NCBI GenBank assembly: GCA_035084275.1
Contig: CM068751.1
Span: 7,502,001-7,566,000, forward strand
Reading direction: 5' to 3'
DNA: 64,000 nt
Origin: Hydrolagus colliei
Lineage: Eukaryota
Shown here: positions 24,151-36,251 of the stretch, in pieces
Position numbering within the stretch: position 1 is the first letter of the stretch
Layout: the number at the start of each line of letters is the position of its first letter
Position numbers and translations under genes: made by a program
The notes under the pieces: model-generated
What the model saw: the letters and a program-made list of their open reading frames with translations, nothing else
Databases searched by the model: none
Told to the model about the DNA's origin: nothing

Positions 24151-24754
24151 TCCTACAATATCCTTTCTGTGAAGGAAACATTTCCTGGCACAATCTGCCC
24201 ATGTTAAAACCCGTCTTCTGTTGTTTATTAAAGATGAAACTGCACTAAGCTATTTAAAAACACACATCATAACATATTCATCCTTCACATAAAGAGAAAT
24301 ATTTGTTGCTTTACCACAAAAACAGAGGATTTGTAGCTTTGAAAATGGTTCAAAGGAGCAGATATGGTGATTGCACGAAATAAACAAATATCAGTCTTAG
24401 CTAAACAAGAGACTAAAAGGGCTAGGCCAAGCAGAACTGAAGTTGTTTTTACATATGGGAATAGTCCTTTGGGTGATCTGAGACAAATATTTAGCCAAAA
24501 TTTTATATAATGTAACTGGGTGGCAACTGTCTAAATGATGATGAAACCTTGACATTCTCCACGCTGTATCACAATGTGTTGTGGGGTGAAAGATTCACGT
24601 AAATATACTATCAAAACTTTCCTTTCAAAAGAACATGAAAAATTGTTGGCAAATTTCAGTCCAAATTTTGCCACACATAAATGTGAAGATCTTCAAAGAC
24701 TGGTGTAATTTTGCCATGCTGGAAATAGTATACTTGCTTACAACAGTAAAATAG

Positions 24755-25005
24755 CTAAGAATTATTTGATTTATTGAACATTTTAAAATTCAAAGACTGT
24801 TGCATTAACTGTATTATGTCAAATGAAGATGTCAGTCCAACAGTAATGGCCGACTTGTAGCGGTTTGTTTTGGCACCGGGCTGGCGAGACATTGTTAAGA
24901 AAGAATTAACCAGTAAATCCTGTAGAAACACAATTTCAATATGTCTCGCAGTGTAAGAGCCAGTGTAGCTGCGTGTTCTGAAATTCCACTCGTTCATAAT
25001 TCTCT
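24755..25005 (-). mobile_element. Possible hAT (ZBED-like) transposase catalytic-domain relic
   Basis: ORF IMNEWNFRTRSYTGSYTARHIEIVFLQDLL...KSAI...DIIQLMQQSL follows the order of hAT motifs I.EEW.L.SR / GSHTAxNI / N(M)KAA / HxLQLxV. Confidence 0.3.
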
Positions 25006-27079
25006 GCAGGGAGAAACTACTGACGGATGATAATTACACAGGGGAAAGGTCGTTTCATCCCATAAACCATTCTTTACCTTCAGGCAAACAAGACATAAGC
25101 ATAAATGAGACTATTGATGAGCCTCTGGTACCACAAGCCTTCAAATACACATACAATATGTTCACAGTTTGTGACACTTGTCTGAAGTCGGGATGCCCAC
25201 AATTGTAAATGTTGCACTTTATTGTAAGGGTCTATGAGCAATAATCTTGAATTCTTAATTTTTTAATGTAATTTTTATAACCACACGGAGGACCATTAAA
25301 GCAATTTTATTTGTGTGACCCGGGTTATATGTCCTGAGAGACAAACCTATGGTATATTTTTATTATTTTCTTGCTTTAGCTATAAAATCTTCCGATAAAA
25401 GCAGTTGTGAATATTCCATATTGCTGATGTAGTGTCACATTCCCTTTATGCTTCTGTCTGAAATCGATAGTCACTCCAAGGAAAGGAGTGTACAAGGAAT
25501 CACTGCAAATAGCTTTGCTAATTGGAAAGAGCCAGTTGTCGGTTCCATGTCAGTAAATAATGGAACATTCATTTTTCTTATTTGTTAGTTTCATTAACTT
25601 TTAGGAATTGATCCCACTTAACGTGAATCATTATGAACCGGGTGGATTGTAAATGACTTTTTTTTCTTCACTTTGATTTGATATTAGTATTTGCGTTGTT
25701 CACATCGTGTGACTACTTTGGAGGACTAGCAACAAGAATATCAGGAAATAACATGGAATTGATTGATGTCAGGAACTGTGCAGGAAAACTAACTAATGGG
25801 AATCAACCCTCCATCTGCTAGTGATCATGCAGATAATTTTCAAAGGAATCCCTCGTTAGTTGTTTGGGGGAAACCCAACATATATGCCACAACACTTGCA
25901 ATATATCTGAATGCAGAATCTCTCACTTAATGTGGAGACTTCTGTTCATTAGGCAATTAAGTGGGTTGCAGGGTTAAAGAAAAATCGTGTTTGGACCCAA
26001 CATATGAGTAGATGTTTTGTGCAGAACTCCTGCTTATATTACATGATAAAGTTTTGCATCGTGACATTGTGAATAGGAATCACAGCACTCTCCCCTTTGA
26101 GTGGCCTCCATTGAAATTCTTCAGTCACTTTCCCAAGCTTCCATCTCTTCCTAACAGCATTATATCTGTGATCAGAAAGTTAACGCATGTAATAAACACA
26201 TTAAAAAAAAGTAGTCTATAATGTAGTCCTACAGAAATCCTAGGTATTATGGACAGCAAAGAATTATTGGTGACAGTCAGGCATTGAGTGACAACACTTT
26301 AGAAATGAATAGTACAAAGAAGTGTTTATGCAAATCACTGTATTCAAACACATGAATTGTATTTCCATGAGGATTAATAAGAGATAAATTTGGTACTTTG
26401 GAATCTGATGCAATAACCAAATAACACTTCTAATCTTATTAATCTTATTGTAATTACATAAAAGACATGATAATGCCATTGTCCAGAAGTTTCATGCAAA
26501 ATGTGGATCCAGGAAAAAAAAGAGCATGTCAACAAAAAAAATCACAGCACCAAAGGATATCTATATCGATGCAAAAGTTGTCTGTGATTATTTATCTTTA
26601 GCAGTATTATTTCCTGTGATATATATAGCCTATGCTTGTCAGACACGATCAGTTTGGGATTCACATTTGTGTGGCTCCTTCAAATAAATGCATTAGAATC
26701 ACTTAGACAGCTGCTGGTTCCATGTTTATTTCTTAATAGAATTTCCAGGAATTTCCAGTACTTACTTTGCTATAATATTCAGCACAAAATCAGCTTGTGT
26801 ATTTTAATGAAAATGTTACAGCTGTGATATCCTTGACATGCAATACTTATCAAAATTCAGTTACCAGTGATCTCTATGTGCCTGGGCTGATTTAAAACTA
26901 AAACCTTCAGCAAAGGGTTTGCGGCAATTAACTTTAAATAGCATTAACGATTCAATTATGCAAAATAAAACAATTGTAGAAATTCAAACAAATAATTTCA
27001 TTTTTTGAAGAAATCTAATTGTGCAGCTATTCCCAAGATTAATTTTATTCCGTAATAATTTTTTTCACAGAGGGTTTTA

Positions 27080-27237
27080 CAATAACAAAATTACATTTGT
27101 ATAGCGCCTTTCACATCGGGAGGATGTCTGATAGCTGGACAGTCACTGCTTCGGACCCGCGCTGTGGTCCGGATCGGGGAGGGTGGAGGGAAGGGAGGAG
27201 AAGGAGGTGACCAATGGCACAGTCGAAGGTCTTTTAA
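27080..27237 (-). mobile_element. L2 LINE 3' fragment
   Basis: Same tail and purine-rich 3' UTR as the copies at 30313 and 44783. Confidence 0.85.
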
Positions 27238-27721
27238 GAAAGAATAGTAACTTTTAACAAAGAATTTAAAACAGCAATAGCACTCTTACTTTGAAGATTA
27301 CTCTGTGTTAGTTGTGACAGAGGTACATACACATTTTAGCTCCTTTATATACTCCCACACTTCTGGACCCCTGCAAAGCATGCAATGGATGAGTGGGCTG
27401 ATAAATACTTGAGAAGAAAGGGCAATGGAGAAAAAGTCCAAAATATGGGTGATGTGCGACCCTGTCAGACTAAGAGGCTCAGAAAGCTGTGAATGGAAAT
27501 TGTGCTGAATTTGTGTTACTTAAATTATCACTCGTGAATCACCAATGCAATGTGCTCCTCTAGAGGATCAAAACCAGCAGATTTTGCTTTGCAGCAAGCT
27601 TAGTTTCCACATCTCAAGGTATTGTTCCACAATGCAAATCGCTGACCCTTCTTTTCAGCTCACAGAAAACTGCTAAGTTTCAGCGGAAAAAACTTAGGCT
27701 AACACAATTGCTTAAGAAGAA

Positions 27722-27781
27722 CTTTCTTCCTTCGAACTTTATAGGCTATTGTAATGGTTTCACAACTTTTTGGTCACCCTG
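27722..27781 (-). mobile_element. Isolated Tc1/mariner-type terminal inverted repeat
   Basis: Reverse reads TA|cagggtgaccaaaaagttgtgaaaccattac...; similar to both ends of 62044-62156. Confidence 0.5.
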
Positions 27782-28301
27782 TAGTTCTATCATCAGCCAT
27801 GGTTTGTCGGTGCTATCACACTGTTGAAGAAGCAAATGGAAAGTAAGTGTAAACTCAGTCAGGACATTTCCTCTCTGCACTGAGCATATTTGTACATGGC
27901 ACTCTATTTGAAACTGTCAACTCTTGCCACTTTTTGCCCTATTCACTAGTTTGCCATGTTTTCAGCCTAAATTTGAACACTTCCTGAATCACACCTCCCA
28001 AGATTGATGTCTTAGATCTTCCACTGATAGATTCGGTTACATTTGAAACAAATCCTTGCTAAGGTGGAAGCATAAAATGTAAGTGACTGATATGTGAATA
28101 TTCGGTTAACGAATAAACTTCTTTGAGTAAAATCTACAGCCTTTGAAGTATAATTGCGAATACCTTCTTTAATGTTACCCACATAGAAATCAATGTGCCA
28201 GACAATGGTGGTATCCACTGATTGATGGGTAACTGATTCCTTCCTTATACAATTATCTTTGACTATGCAACATATTCAGTGTTAACATCTCAAACTAGAG
28301 G

Positions 28302-28439
28302 AACACTGCTATGCGCAATTGGCTGCTGCGTTTCGCCCACAAATATACAGTTAATTCACTTCACAGTATAATCTTTGAAGTGCTTTGAGACATCTAGAAG
28401 ATATGAAAATTGCCGTATCAAATGCAAGGATTATTATTA
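28302..28439 (+). mobile_element. SINE family A, 3' half
   Basis: acactgctatgcgcaattggctgctgcgtttcgcccacaaat...gcaaggattattatt. Confidence 0.9.
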
Positions 28440-28789
28440 GTACAGTAATTGGAATTAAACCATTGAAAGTTTTAATCTGTTTTTGCCCCCGTTTCATCAA
28501 CACATAATTCTTGCTACCCGCTCTCAAAATAATTGCCAACAGAGTTCAGGTTGTTTAATCCTTTGAGAACTTTCTTGAAACACTCCAAATAACATTGCTT
28601 ATTATTCACTTGGAGATAGAGACAAGAAAGATTTTCATCTACAAAAGTAAATCGACATTGAGGGATTCAGATAGTGTCATAAACCATGGTAGCAAACTCA
28701 ATGCAGTCAATACAAAGCCATTCTAAAGCTCTTAACGAAATTGCTGCTTTTTCATTCACCCAATACAGATGCAAACTTAGTTGATAAGT

Positions 28790-29200
28790 TCACTGTGCAG
28801 ATTGTAACTGAGCCATATGGACCAGAAATGTATTAGATTTGCTTACTGGTCTGAGTTGAGTTTAGCTCATCTCAGTTGGGGAGGCAGGAACAATCAACAC
28901 AATTGACCCCAGAGGCAAGAAGAGACAATCAGCCAAGGCTACCACTCCTGAAAGTCATGGAGTTAGTGCTGGGAAGTATTGTACATGTGTTTGCTGTTGG
29001 AACAGTCACAGGATTTGATCAGGGTTTGCTATGCCGCCCACTCATGGTTGCATTGACTTCTAACACTCATTGTCTGGCTTGCATATGAAGAATGATACTT
29101 TAGTGAGATCCCAGCAGGTGGTTTGGCACTATATGTCACCGTGAATCAGCGCCAGAAGCATAAGGTGAGGAGGAGAGAGAGAGAATTGAAAGGACAAAAA
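28790..29200 (+). mobile_element. Old SINE family C, most complete copy
   Basis: actgagccatatggaccag...tggtctgagttgagtttagctcatctcag...atcagccaagg...acactcattgtctggcttgcatatgaagaatg...purine-rich end. Confidence 0.65.
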
Positions 29201-29989
29201 TGCAACAGAATATGTGGTATTACTCATTTAATGAAGCTTAGAAGCAAGTGAAAACAAGCCTGCTGCTGTAAGACTGGTTGAGTTGGTTTTGTGAAAGAAT
29301 GTGATCAAATGGATTGGAGTGCCTTCTGCATCCAAACCTCACGTGATATGAAGTCTAAATGTGTCAATTCAAACTTTTGTGTGTTTTGATGTGACATCTG
29401 AAATGTTCAATTGTGTGACAAGAATGTAGCTCCCTTGAGAAGTCATTTGTCACTGAGGTGAGATGTGTGCACCTGGCTACTAAACAAACTCTACTAAACA
29501 GACTGTCGCAAAACGCTGCAGTTTTCTCCACACCTTGACAAAGTCGTTTCAATTAGCAGCAAGTGGAATACAGTATATTGTATGAAAAGCTTATGCTACC
29601 AAAAAGCTCTTCCTTGGCTTTAGACATTCCATGTCTCGTCAGTGTTTTTTTAAAAATAAATATTAAATACAGATGGGCATAACACCTGTTGGATGCATTT
29701 GCATTAAAATGTATTCAGTCTTCCTTAACAACTGCCGTGCCAGGTGACCCAAGAGAGCACTATCTTTCCCTTTCCTCTGAGCCACAGAGCTTCTGAACCT
29801 TCTCTTTTACCCAGTCAGATCTGTTAGTTATTAAAAAGAAATCAGCCACCCTCTATGAAAAGGTACGAATAATCACCAATTGAAAGTGGAAACCTCAGCT
29901 TTCAATAGAGAAAGTCTGTTCCCCCTCTTTTTCTCTGGCATTTTCTTTTTCAGTGAATACATTCGCTTTTATGTTCTAAAAGCAGCTGG

Positions 29990-30240
29990 TTTCTTTCTAA
30001 TGTCTTCGGTGGTCAAAGTCTAAGCTTCAGGTGAAGAAATGCGCATGAGATGTATTTAATCGGTATTTCTACGGGACGTTTACAATGAGTACCATTATTC
30101 CATTTGTGCAGCCAAAATGATTCTGAAATGTCTTCGGGTAGAACGAAATAGGAAAAAGCATTCCGCCAAAAATACTGACTCAAGACACGAGGGTGACCAT
30201 ATTCTGTTCCAAGATAGAAAAATATATTCAATTTGCACCT
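29990..30240 (-). mobile_element. Possible Crypton-like coding relic
   Basis: ORF 30013..30231 YLGTEYGHPRVLSQYFWRNAFSYFVL resembles the DUF3504/Crypton LGxxxPxxLxxxxWxxxxxxFxL motif. Confidence 0.3.
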
Positions 30241-30312
30241 GAATGTGGAAGATCTTCAAGATAGTAAATCCTCTTCTCAGAAGTGGTTTGTTGTGATTTA
30301 TTGAGGGGTATT

Positions 30313-30556
30313 AACAACAACAAAAAATTACACTTGTATAGTGCCTTTCACATCAGGAGGACATACCAAGGACAGTCATTATTTCGGACCCGAGCTGGGG
30401 TCGGAGACGGGGAAGGTAGAGGGAAAGGGGTGATTTGGGGTGACCGATGGGACCATTGACAAGGAGGGTCTTAAGGCGGGACGTGAAGGAGGCCACGGAG
30501 AGGGCGAGGCGGAGGGACTGCGGGATGGAGTTCCAGAGGTTGGGGGCAGGGTGACT
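30313..30556 (-). mobile_element. L2 LINE 3' fragment (ORF2 end, UTR and tail)
   Basis: Colinear with 44783-45000; (caa)n tail. Confidence 0.9.
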
Positions 30557-31436
30557 TTGTATTACGGCCCATTCTGCATTGGCATTGGGACTTATTAAAG
30601 GAAAACCCTAAACTTTATTAACATCATTAAATTACATAGTTAAAATGTACAAACCAAATAGTCGATGAGAAAGAAAGTGACAGAATTTAAGCCATTGTTG
30701 AAACTTATCATAATCTACTTTGTCACGTATCAAATTATCAAGACTATTTAATTAATTGAAAAACATTTGCATTTCACAGAACCCTGTATCCTTCATTTAC
30801 TGCAATTTTAAGATCATGGGAAGATCATCTTTTACAGTTTGTTTTATTTTGATGGATTTTGTGTTACATAATTTGATGGAGTCTGATCCTACACAAACAT
30901 TTCATATGAATGCACATACGAATGCATTTGAAATGGAAGTGCAATGCTTCTGGAGTTGTTTCCGAATGTTTCCTGTGTTTGTCAATTACAGGTACAGTTA
31001 TCATATTGTAATTCAATCTGAAATATATTCCTCCTCCAGCTGCCTCTTCCCTCATTGCTTCTGTCTCCTTCCTCGATGCTTCTTCCCCTTTTTATTAGGA
31101 CTGTCTCCAGCCCTTTTCTTCCATCAGCTAACCCTACTCTTTGTACATTCATGAGTCTATCCCACACTCCTGCAGCCTCAGGCTTCACTGTGGCTGAACA
31201 TTAAAAAAAAGGATGATTTGAATGTGATTTAAAAAAAAATCTAAATTTGGGCCAATTCACACCAATTTTACCAATTTAGATTCATTTGCTTTTATTCTTT
31301 TACGAAGTACAAGGCATATTCGCAGCACCATTTTCCTCATTCTTGTCCATTCTGTGCTTTGGATGCATCATGTTGTCAACCCACACATTAAAATCAGTCT
31401 GCCATCATGTTTCATGCTGCACTTCCCACATTATAG

Positions 31437-31494
31437 CAACAACAAATTACATTGCATAGCATCTTTCACATCGGGAGGACGTCCCAAGGTGCTG
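31437..31494 (-). mobile_element. L2 3' tail
   Basis: caacaacaaattacattgcatagcatctttcacatcgggaggacgtcccaagg. Confidence 0.8.
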
Positions 31495-34200
31495 GGTTTA
31501 ATGCATGAAAGACATGAAAAGTTCAGCCAATTTAAAATTGTGAAATTCCCAATATTCAAACAAAGAAAGCAATGATATTAATTCAGGATTCAACCATTAA
31601 AATCCAACTGTGTATGTTAAATCACACTGATCACTCAACCTTTGACTCCACGCTAGCAAAATGTCTCCCCCACATCATTGCTTCTCTTTACTGCTTCTTC
31701 CTCCAAGACACTGCTCACACAACTGTCCCTCCACCAGTCAATAGATTGTTCTGTTACATGCCTCCCATTACCCTTCAAAAAAATTCAGTCAGATTCTAAT
31801 GTTTATTTTAAAGCTAGATTCAATCCCCAGGATAGTTCCCTTATTAAATAACCATGACATGTTTGTTGCAAGTACCTGTTTTGAATAAAACATCCAAGGA
31901 TACTTTGGAACTTGCAAAACTGACATACATTTTTATCCCCAGCAGCATGATAGACTTTATGTTTTCCTCACTGTGAAAATATCTATGTGTAATTTTTAGT
32001 GGCGACCAAACCCACTTTTCAGATTTTTTCCTTACCATCGACATAAGCAGGGTAGAAATATATTAATTATGTAACTGAAGGCTATTCAGGCAGGGCTTAG
32101 AAACTGGCAGCAACATTGCATCACAAGACCTGACCTCCTAAGCGGATGTATTATACAGTATTAAGAAAATCCTTGTTGTTAATTCAATCTATCACACTAT
32201 ATATGACACTGATATTGTAAATCAAGTGAAACTATTAAGCTAGGCTGCTGGGCTGTGCTGTCAAGCAAATGGAATTAATGCCTGTGTTGGGAGAGGTGAT
32301 AATGATATTGATAACAACACTGGCCTTCCTAATTTGGTATCAGATAGATTTGTGCCTGTCAAGAATATGAGAAAACCAAAGATGGTATGTTGAATTACAG
32401 CACACTTACATAAAGGGTAATTCTCAATAGGCATCATACCGCATTCCATTTATTATTTTCATGCATCTACCTTGACTAAAGGTTAATATATTTCAAAGTT
32501 AGAAACTCAATTGCAAGCCCTGTAATGATATTTAACTTGATTCCCGCCATGAAGTACACTCAAATAATTTTTTTTTATTTTAAAGTTTGTGACTTTTGAT
32601 GCAAAATCAATGAATTGGCATTTTTTGCACTTTGATGAAACGGCAGATATGACAGAGACGCAACAGTCAAAATAGTGTTTGTGAGCCATGCGCCAAAGAA
32701 GCCTTGCACCAAACAGGATTTGATACATCCATCTGGAGCCAGAGTCAGCGCTGGTCACAAGTATCAATTAAAGGAGGATTAGTCATTGCTGAAACTATTT
32801 AACTGACTAAGAGTGATGCTTCCGCAGGTTTCAAAGGAGCTAATGTTAGTCATTGTCTGTCGCACTTGATTAGGTAGAAAGTTACCACTGTACGAAGGAA
32901 CGACCTGTAATTTCCATCCAAGGTGGAATTAGTTTGTTTGCAATTGGTCAGTTCACTGACGCTTGGGTAGGATTAGTTCATGCTCATGTATTTACATTCA
33001 GAGTGAGTCTGTCTTATCAGATGCCTTGCATATTACAAGAATTTAACATGGCAACATAGTCATCTGTGTTTTTACATGTTAAAAAAAACACAATTACATA
33101 TACAAAAATAGCAAAGTTGCTAACAAAGATGAAGCTCCTTTATCAGCTAGAGTCCAAAAGCTGCATCGAGAGGCTCCGGAAAATTTATCTGCCCATTTAA
33201 AGGGTTAAATATAAACTACTAAAATATGAATAGTTTAAAGACATTATAAATTCTGAGTTTCCTGTTATGACCGGGACTAAATTATATTGATTTCAGCTTC
33301 AAAGTTGCAGTCCACCAATAAAGCCAATGGCCATTGACATTACAAACTACTCTGTGATATACAAACTGCCAGAGGAGGTTTATTAATTTATTATTCAATG
33401 CTCCTGTATTGTTTTCCCATTGATCCACTGCTGAATTTCATGTTTTCAAATTCAACCAAACAGTGATTCCTGCTTTATTTTACTGACTAAGACAAGGGCC
33501 ATCAGTAAAGAGGTTACTTTAGAAATGATGAAATTGAAAAATTACGAATGTAGAAGAAGGTAATTCATGATAACTATGTTTTGGAATAAACCCCAATATC
33601 ATTTGTTTTCTTGGCTTCCAACAAAGATGAGTAATGATCAGTAATGATCAAAGACTAACTGCCCTTGTTGCTCTAATATGCTTAGTCATTATAAATATGA
33701 TGGCAGCACCTTGAGTTCTGTGTTAGAGTTTCCTTACTTTCTCACTGTTCTCTGCAGAATTCCAGCGCCTTATACTCTCATGTGAAAGGCATGAAACAAA
33801 TGTAATATTTTGTTGTCTTATGTTATCAATGTTAACAGTTGTACATGGCAGAATATTGTAGGCATTTTCGTGTCAGCACACCATAAGATAACAAAATCTA
33901 ATTACATGAGATTTTCTCATAGATAGTGATAACGGTTGGATTTTATCAAACAATATTAACCAACGGAAGAATTATGAAATAGAATTCTCTATAGTAACTA
34001 GCAATCTCGCATCCTAATGTTTCTGGAATCCAAGGTCCAAACTTGTCATAGGTTCTTAGCATCAATGGAGGATTTTAGGCCTCTTTTTTACTTCTTCATG
34101 ATCAAAATTGTGGGTTTAAGATAAGCACAAAAGGTCTACTTACAGTGCAAAATATATCAGCTGGCCACTAGCCTAGATAGCCTGAGGTGAAACTATTCAG

Positions 34201-34222
34201 TGAACTACAGTACTGTAGTTCA
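34201..34222. repeat. Perfect 22-bp palindrome
   Basis: tgaactacagtactgtagttca equals its own reverse complement. Confidence 0.95.
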
Positions 34223-34367
34223 AAATCTCTATGGAGCACAGCTATTTTCTCTCCCCTGCTCAGTACAATGCAACGTATGTTATTTCAACTTGCTTGCAGT
34301 GCAACTGTTGCACTGTAAAGGATGATAGTGGGCAAGTTGTTGTCTGTTTTACTCTTCATTGACTTGG

Positions 34368-34475
34368 ATACGGGGCAAGGGCAGGAAATTGGAGTTGAGG
34401 AACAGATCTGCCGTGATCGTATAGAGTGGTGGAACGGGCTCGAGGGGCTGAATGGCTTACTCCTGTTTCTACTTT
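34368..34475 (+). mobile_element. CR1 (HER1-like) LINE 3' end
   Basis: cagatctgccgtgatcgtatagagtggtggaacgggctcgaggggctgaatggcttactcctgtttct; homologous to 37868 and 53270. Confidence 0.85.
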
Positions 34476-35674
34476 TCTGTGTTTGTCAAAAAAAAGGGAA
34501 TATTCTTTATATTTCTGTCAACAGTTTTAAAAGAAATGCTTTGGTGAGGAGCGAATAACAGTGATTGCAATTCTTGGCATTTTTTTTTAATAAAGAGAGG
34601 ATTTGGGCGGAATGCAAGCATTAGCAGTGCTGGCTCAAGACAATATTTGAATTATCCTCTAAGAAGCATAGACACCCGGCAAAGAGTCGCCTGCCCTCAG
34701 CTTGCATTTGAAGTCCAAATCTCAACAAAACATGCTTTATGCGTATTCTCTGGGCAATCAAAATGGAGCAGAATTTGATTGGAGCAGTTTGACAGACACT
34801 CCGCAGGTAAACAAAATGGGAGACTGCAGAACTTATCTGCTTCGTGCAACAGCTACACTCTTGTAGCACAGTATATAATAGCCAGTGGCAGCTGCTCCAA
34901 ATGATCACATTTTATTACCTAAAATTAGCTGCATCTGCAATCCTTCCACGTTGACATCATATTTATTTATTTTATAAAGTTCATTAGCATCAGTTTGTTT
35001 CCATCACACATAGCCTCAATCAATCATATTCCCACACATATTTTTTTGAAAAAAATGCCGTGGCAAACAAAGTATTCTTTGTCTAATTGTGAACAAGCCT
35101 ATTTTGTCAGAAACATCACTCAAAGATTGCATTTGACAGATCTGAAGGCTACACTGGCACTCGGGGAAGTTTGATACTTCTCAAACTACTTCCTTTGCAG
35201 AATTTTTTATTCTCTCACAAATGTTTAACCAATTTCACCTTTCAAATAATATGCTCAACCATTTGAGGTTTTGGCAATGACTTTTAATGTACCAGAACTG
35301 AGAAAAAAAAATTCTAAATGTTTGCTCTCAACACTCTTTTCTATATTTTGTCCTGAGTTTGAGAATATGTTTATTTCAAATGATTAATAAAAATGGGATA
35401 GACAGCCATGGAAAATAACAGTTATCCTTAACGTAGGTGTTCTTCTCCTGTGTAAAGATACAAATCTGCTTTTAATTCGCTATGCGTGAATGTACGGTGA
35501 TTCACAGAGCAATATGCAAAGACTGTGATAGCCACACAAGTTTTAGGATCTGCAGCCAGACTATTTATTTCCAAACCATTGCAGCCTCAGTGATTAAAAT
35601 ATTTTAGTTATGATGTTTAATCTCCTCTTTTGTTTGCCAATTTGACTTTCCCTTTCAACTCTTCACTTCGCCAT

Positions 35675-36010
35675 AAGGCTTGGGTGAGTGTTAGCAGGTA
35701 TCACCATCAAACAATTGCATAGTTTAATCCCCCACCCCTTGCTTGGGACGTCCTCCTGACGTGAAAGGCGCTCTAGAAATATAATTTTGTTTTGTTGTTG
35801 TTGTTGCTGTCCTTAACCAAACATCCACATTAGAGGGCCATTGGATAGTAATCAGGAGGGCTGAACCTGGGCCAATTAATTTTTTCCCCCTCAGTTAAAG
35901 CCTCCACTGAACCTCCAGCTAAGATCAGCTAACCCAGCCATAGTCTGGAAATCAAACCTGCAGCCTACTGGTTTATATGGCTCAGTGCTAAACCAGATGT
36001 TGACTTCATC
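35675..36010 (-). mobile_element. Old SINE family C interrupted by an L2 tail
   Basis: Family C blocks on both sides (gtgagtgttagcagg...aatcc | tgtcctt...aagatcagctaacccagc...tatggctcagtgc). Confidence 0.65.
35731..35806 (+). mobile_element. L2 3' tail
   Basis: cttgggacgtcctcctgacgtgaaaggcgct...(ttg)n. Confidence 0.88.
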
Positions 36011-36165
36011 CAATAGGTTATTGGAAGAGTAATGTATTGAACATACATAAAGGGACCGTAACAAATACTATATTGCTGAAAAAGGCAATCTGCCCAACTA
36101 TTTTGATATACTGTGTGAGCTGGTGGTTTGCTCACTGCCGTTCACAGACACGCATTCACAAAGGT

Positions 36166-36251
36166 GAGTCTAATTTGTGACATTTGTAAATTGGTTTCAC
36201 TGCGTGAATTGTAACATCCGGTTTGTAAACATCACAGAGAAATTTCAGACC
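36166..36251. repeat. Decayed inverted repeat (MITE-like)
   Basis: tgtgacatttgtaaattgg against the reverse complement of the right arm, tgtgatgtttacaaaccgg; all differences are transitions. Confidence 0.5.

Noticed and set aside
34322-34558. Shared peptide IEWWNxLEGLNGLL in ORFs 34322 and 37738
   Set aside because: Translation of the CR1 3' UTR
36148-36163. 16-nt exon candidate before AAG|gtgagt
   Set aside because: Not frame-preserving, with a weak pyrimidine tract
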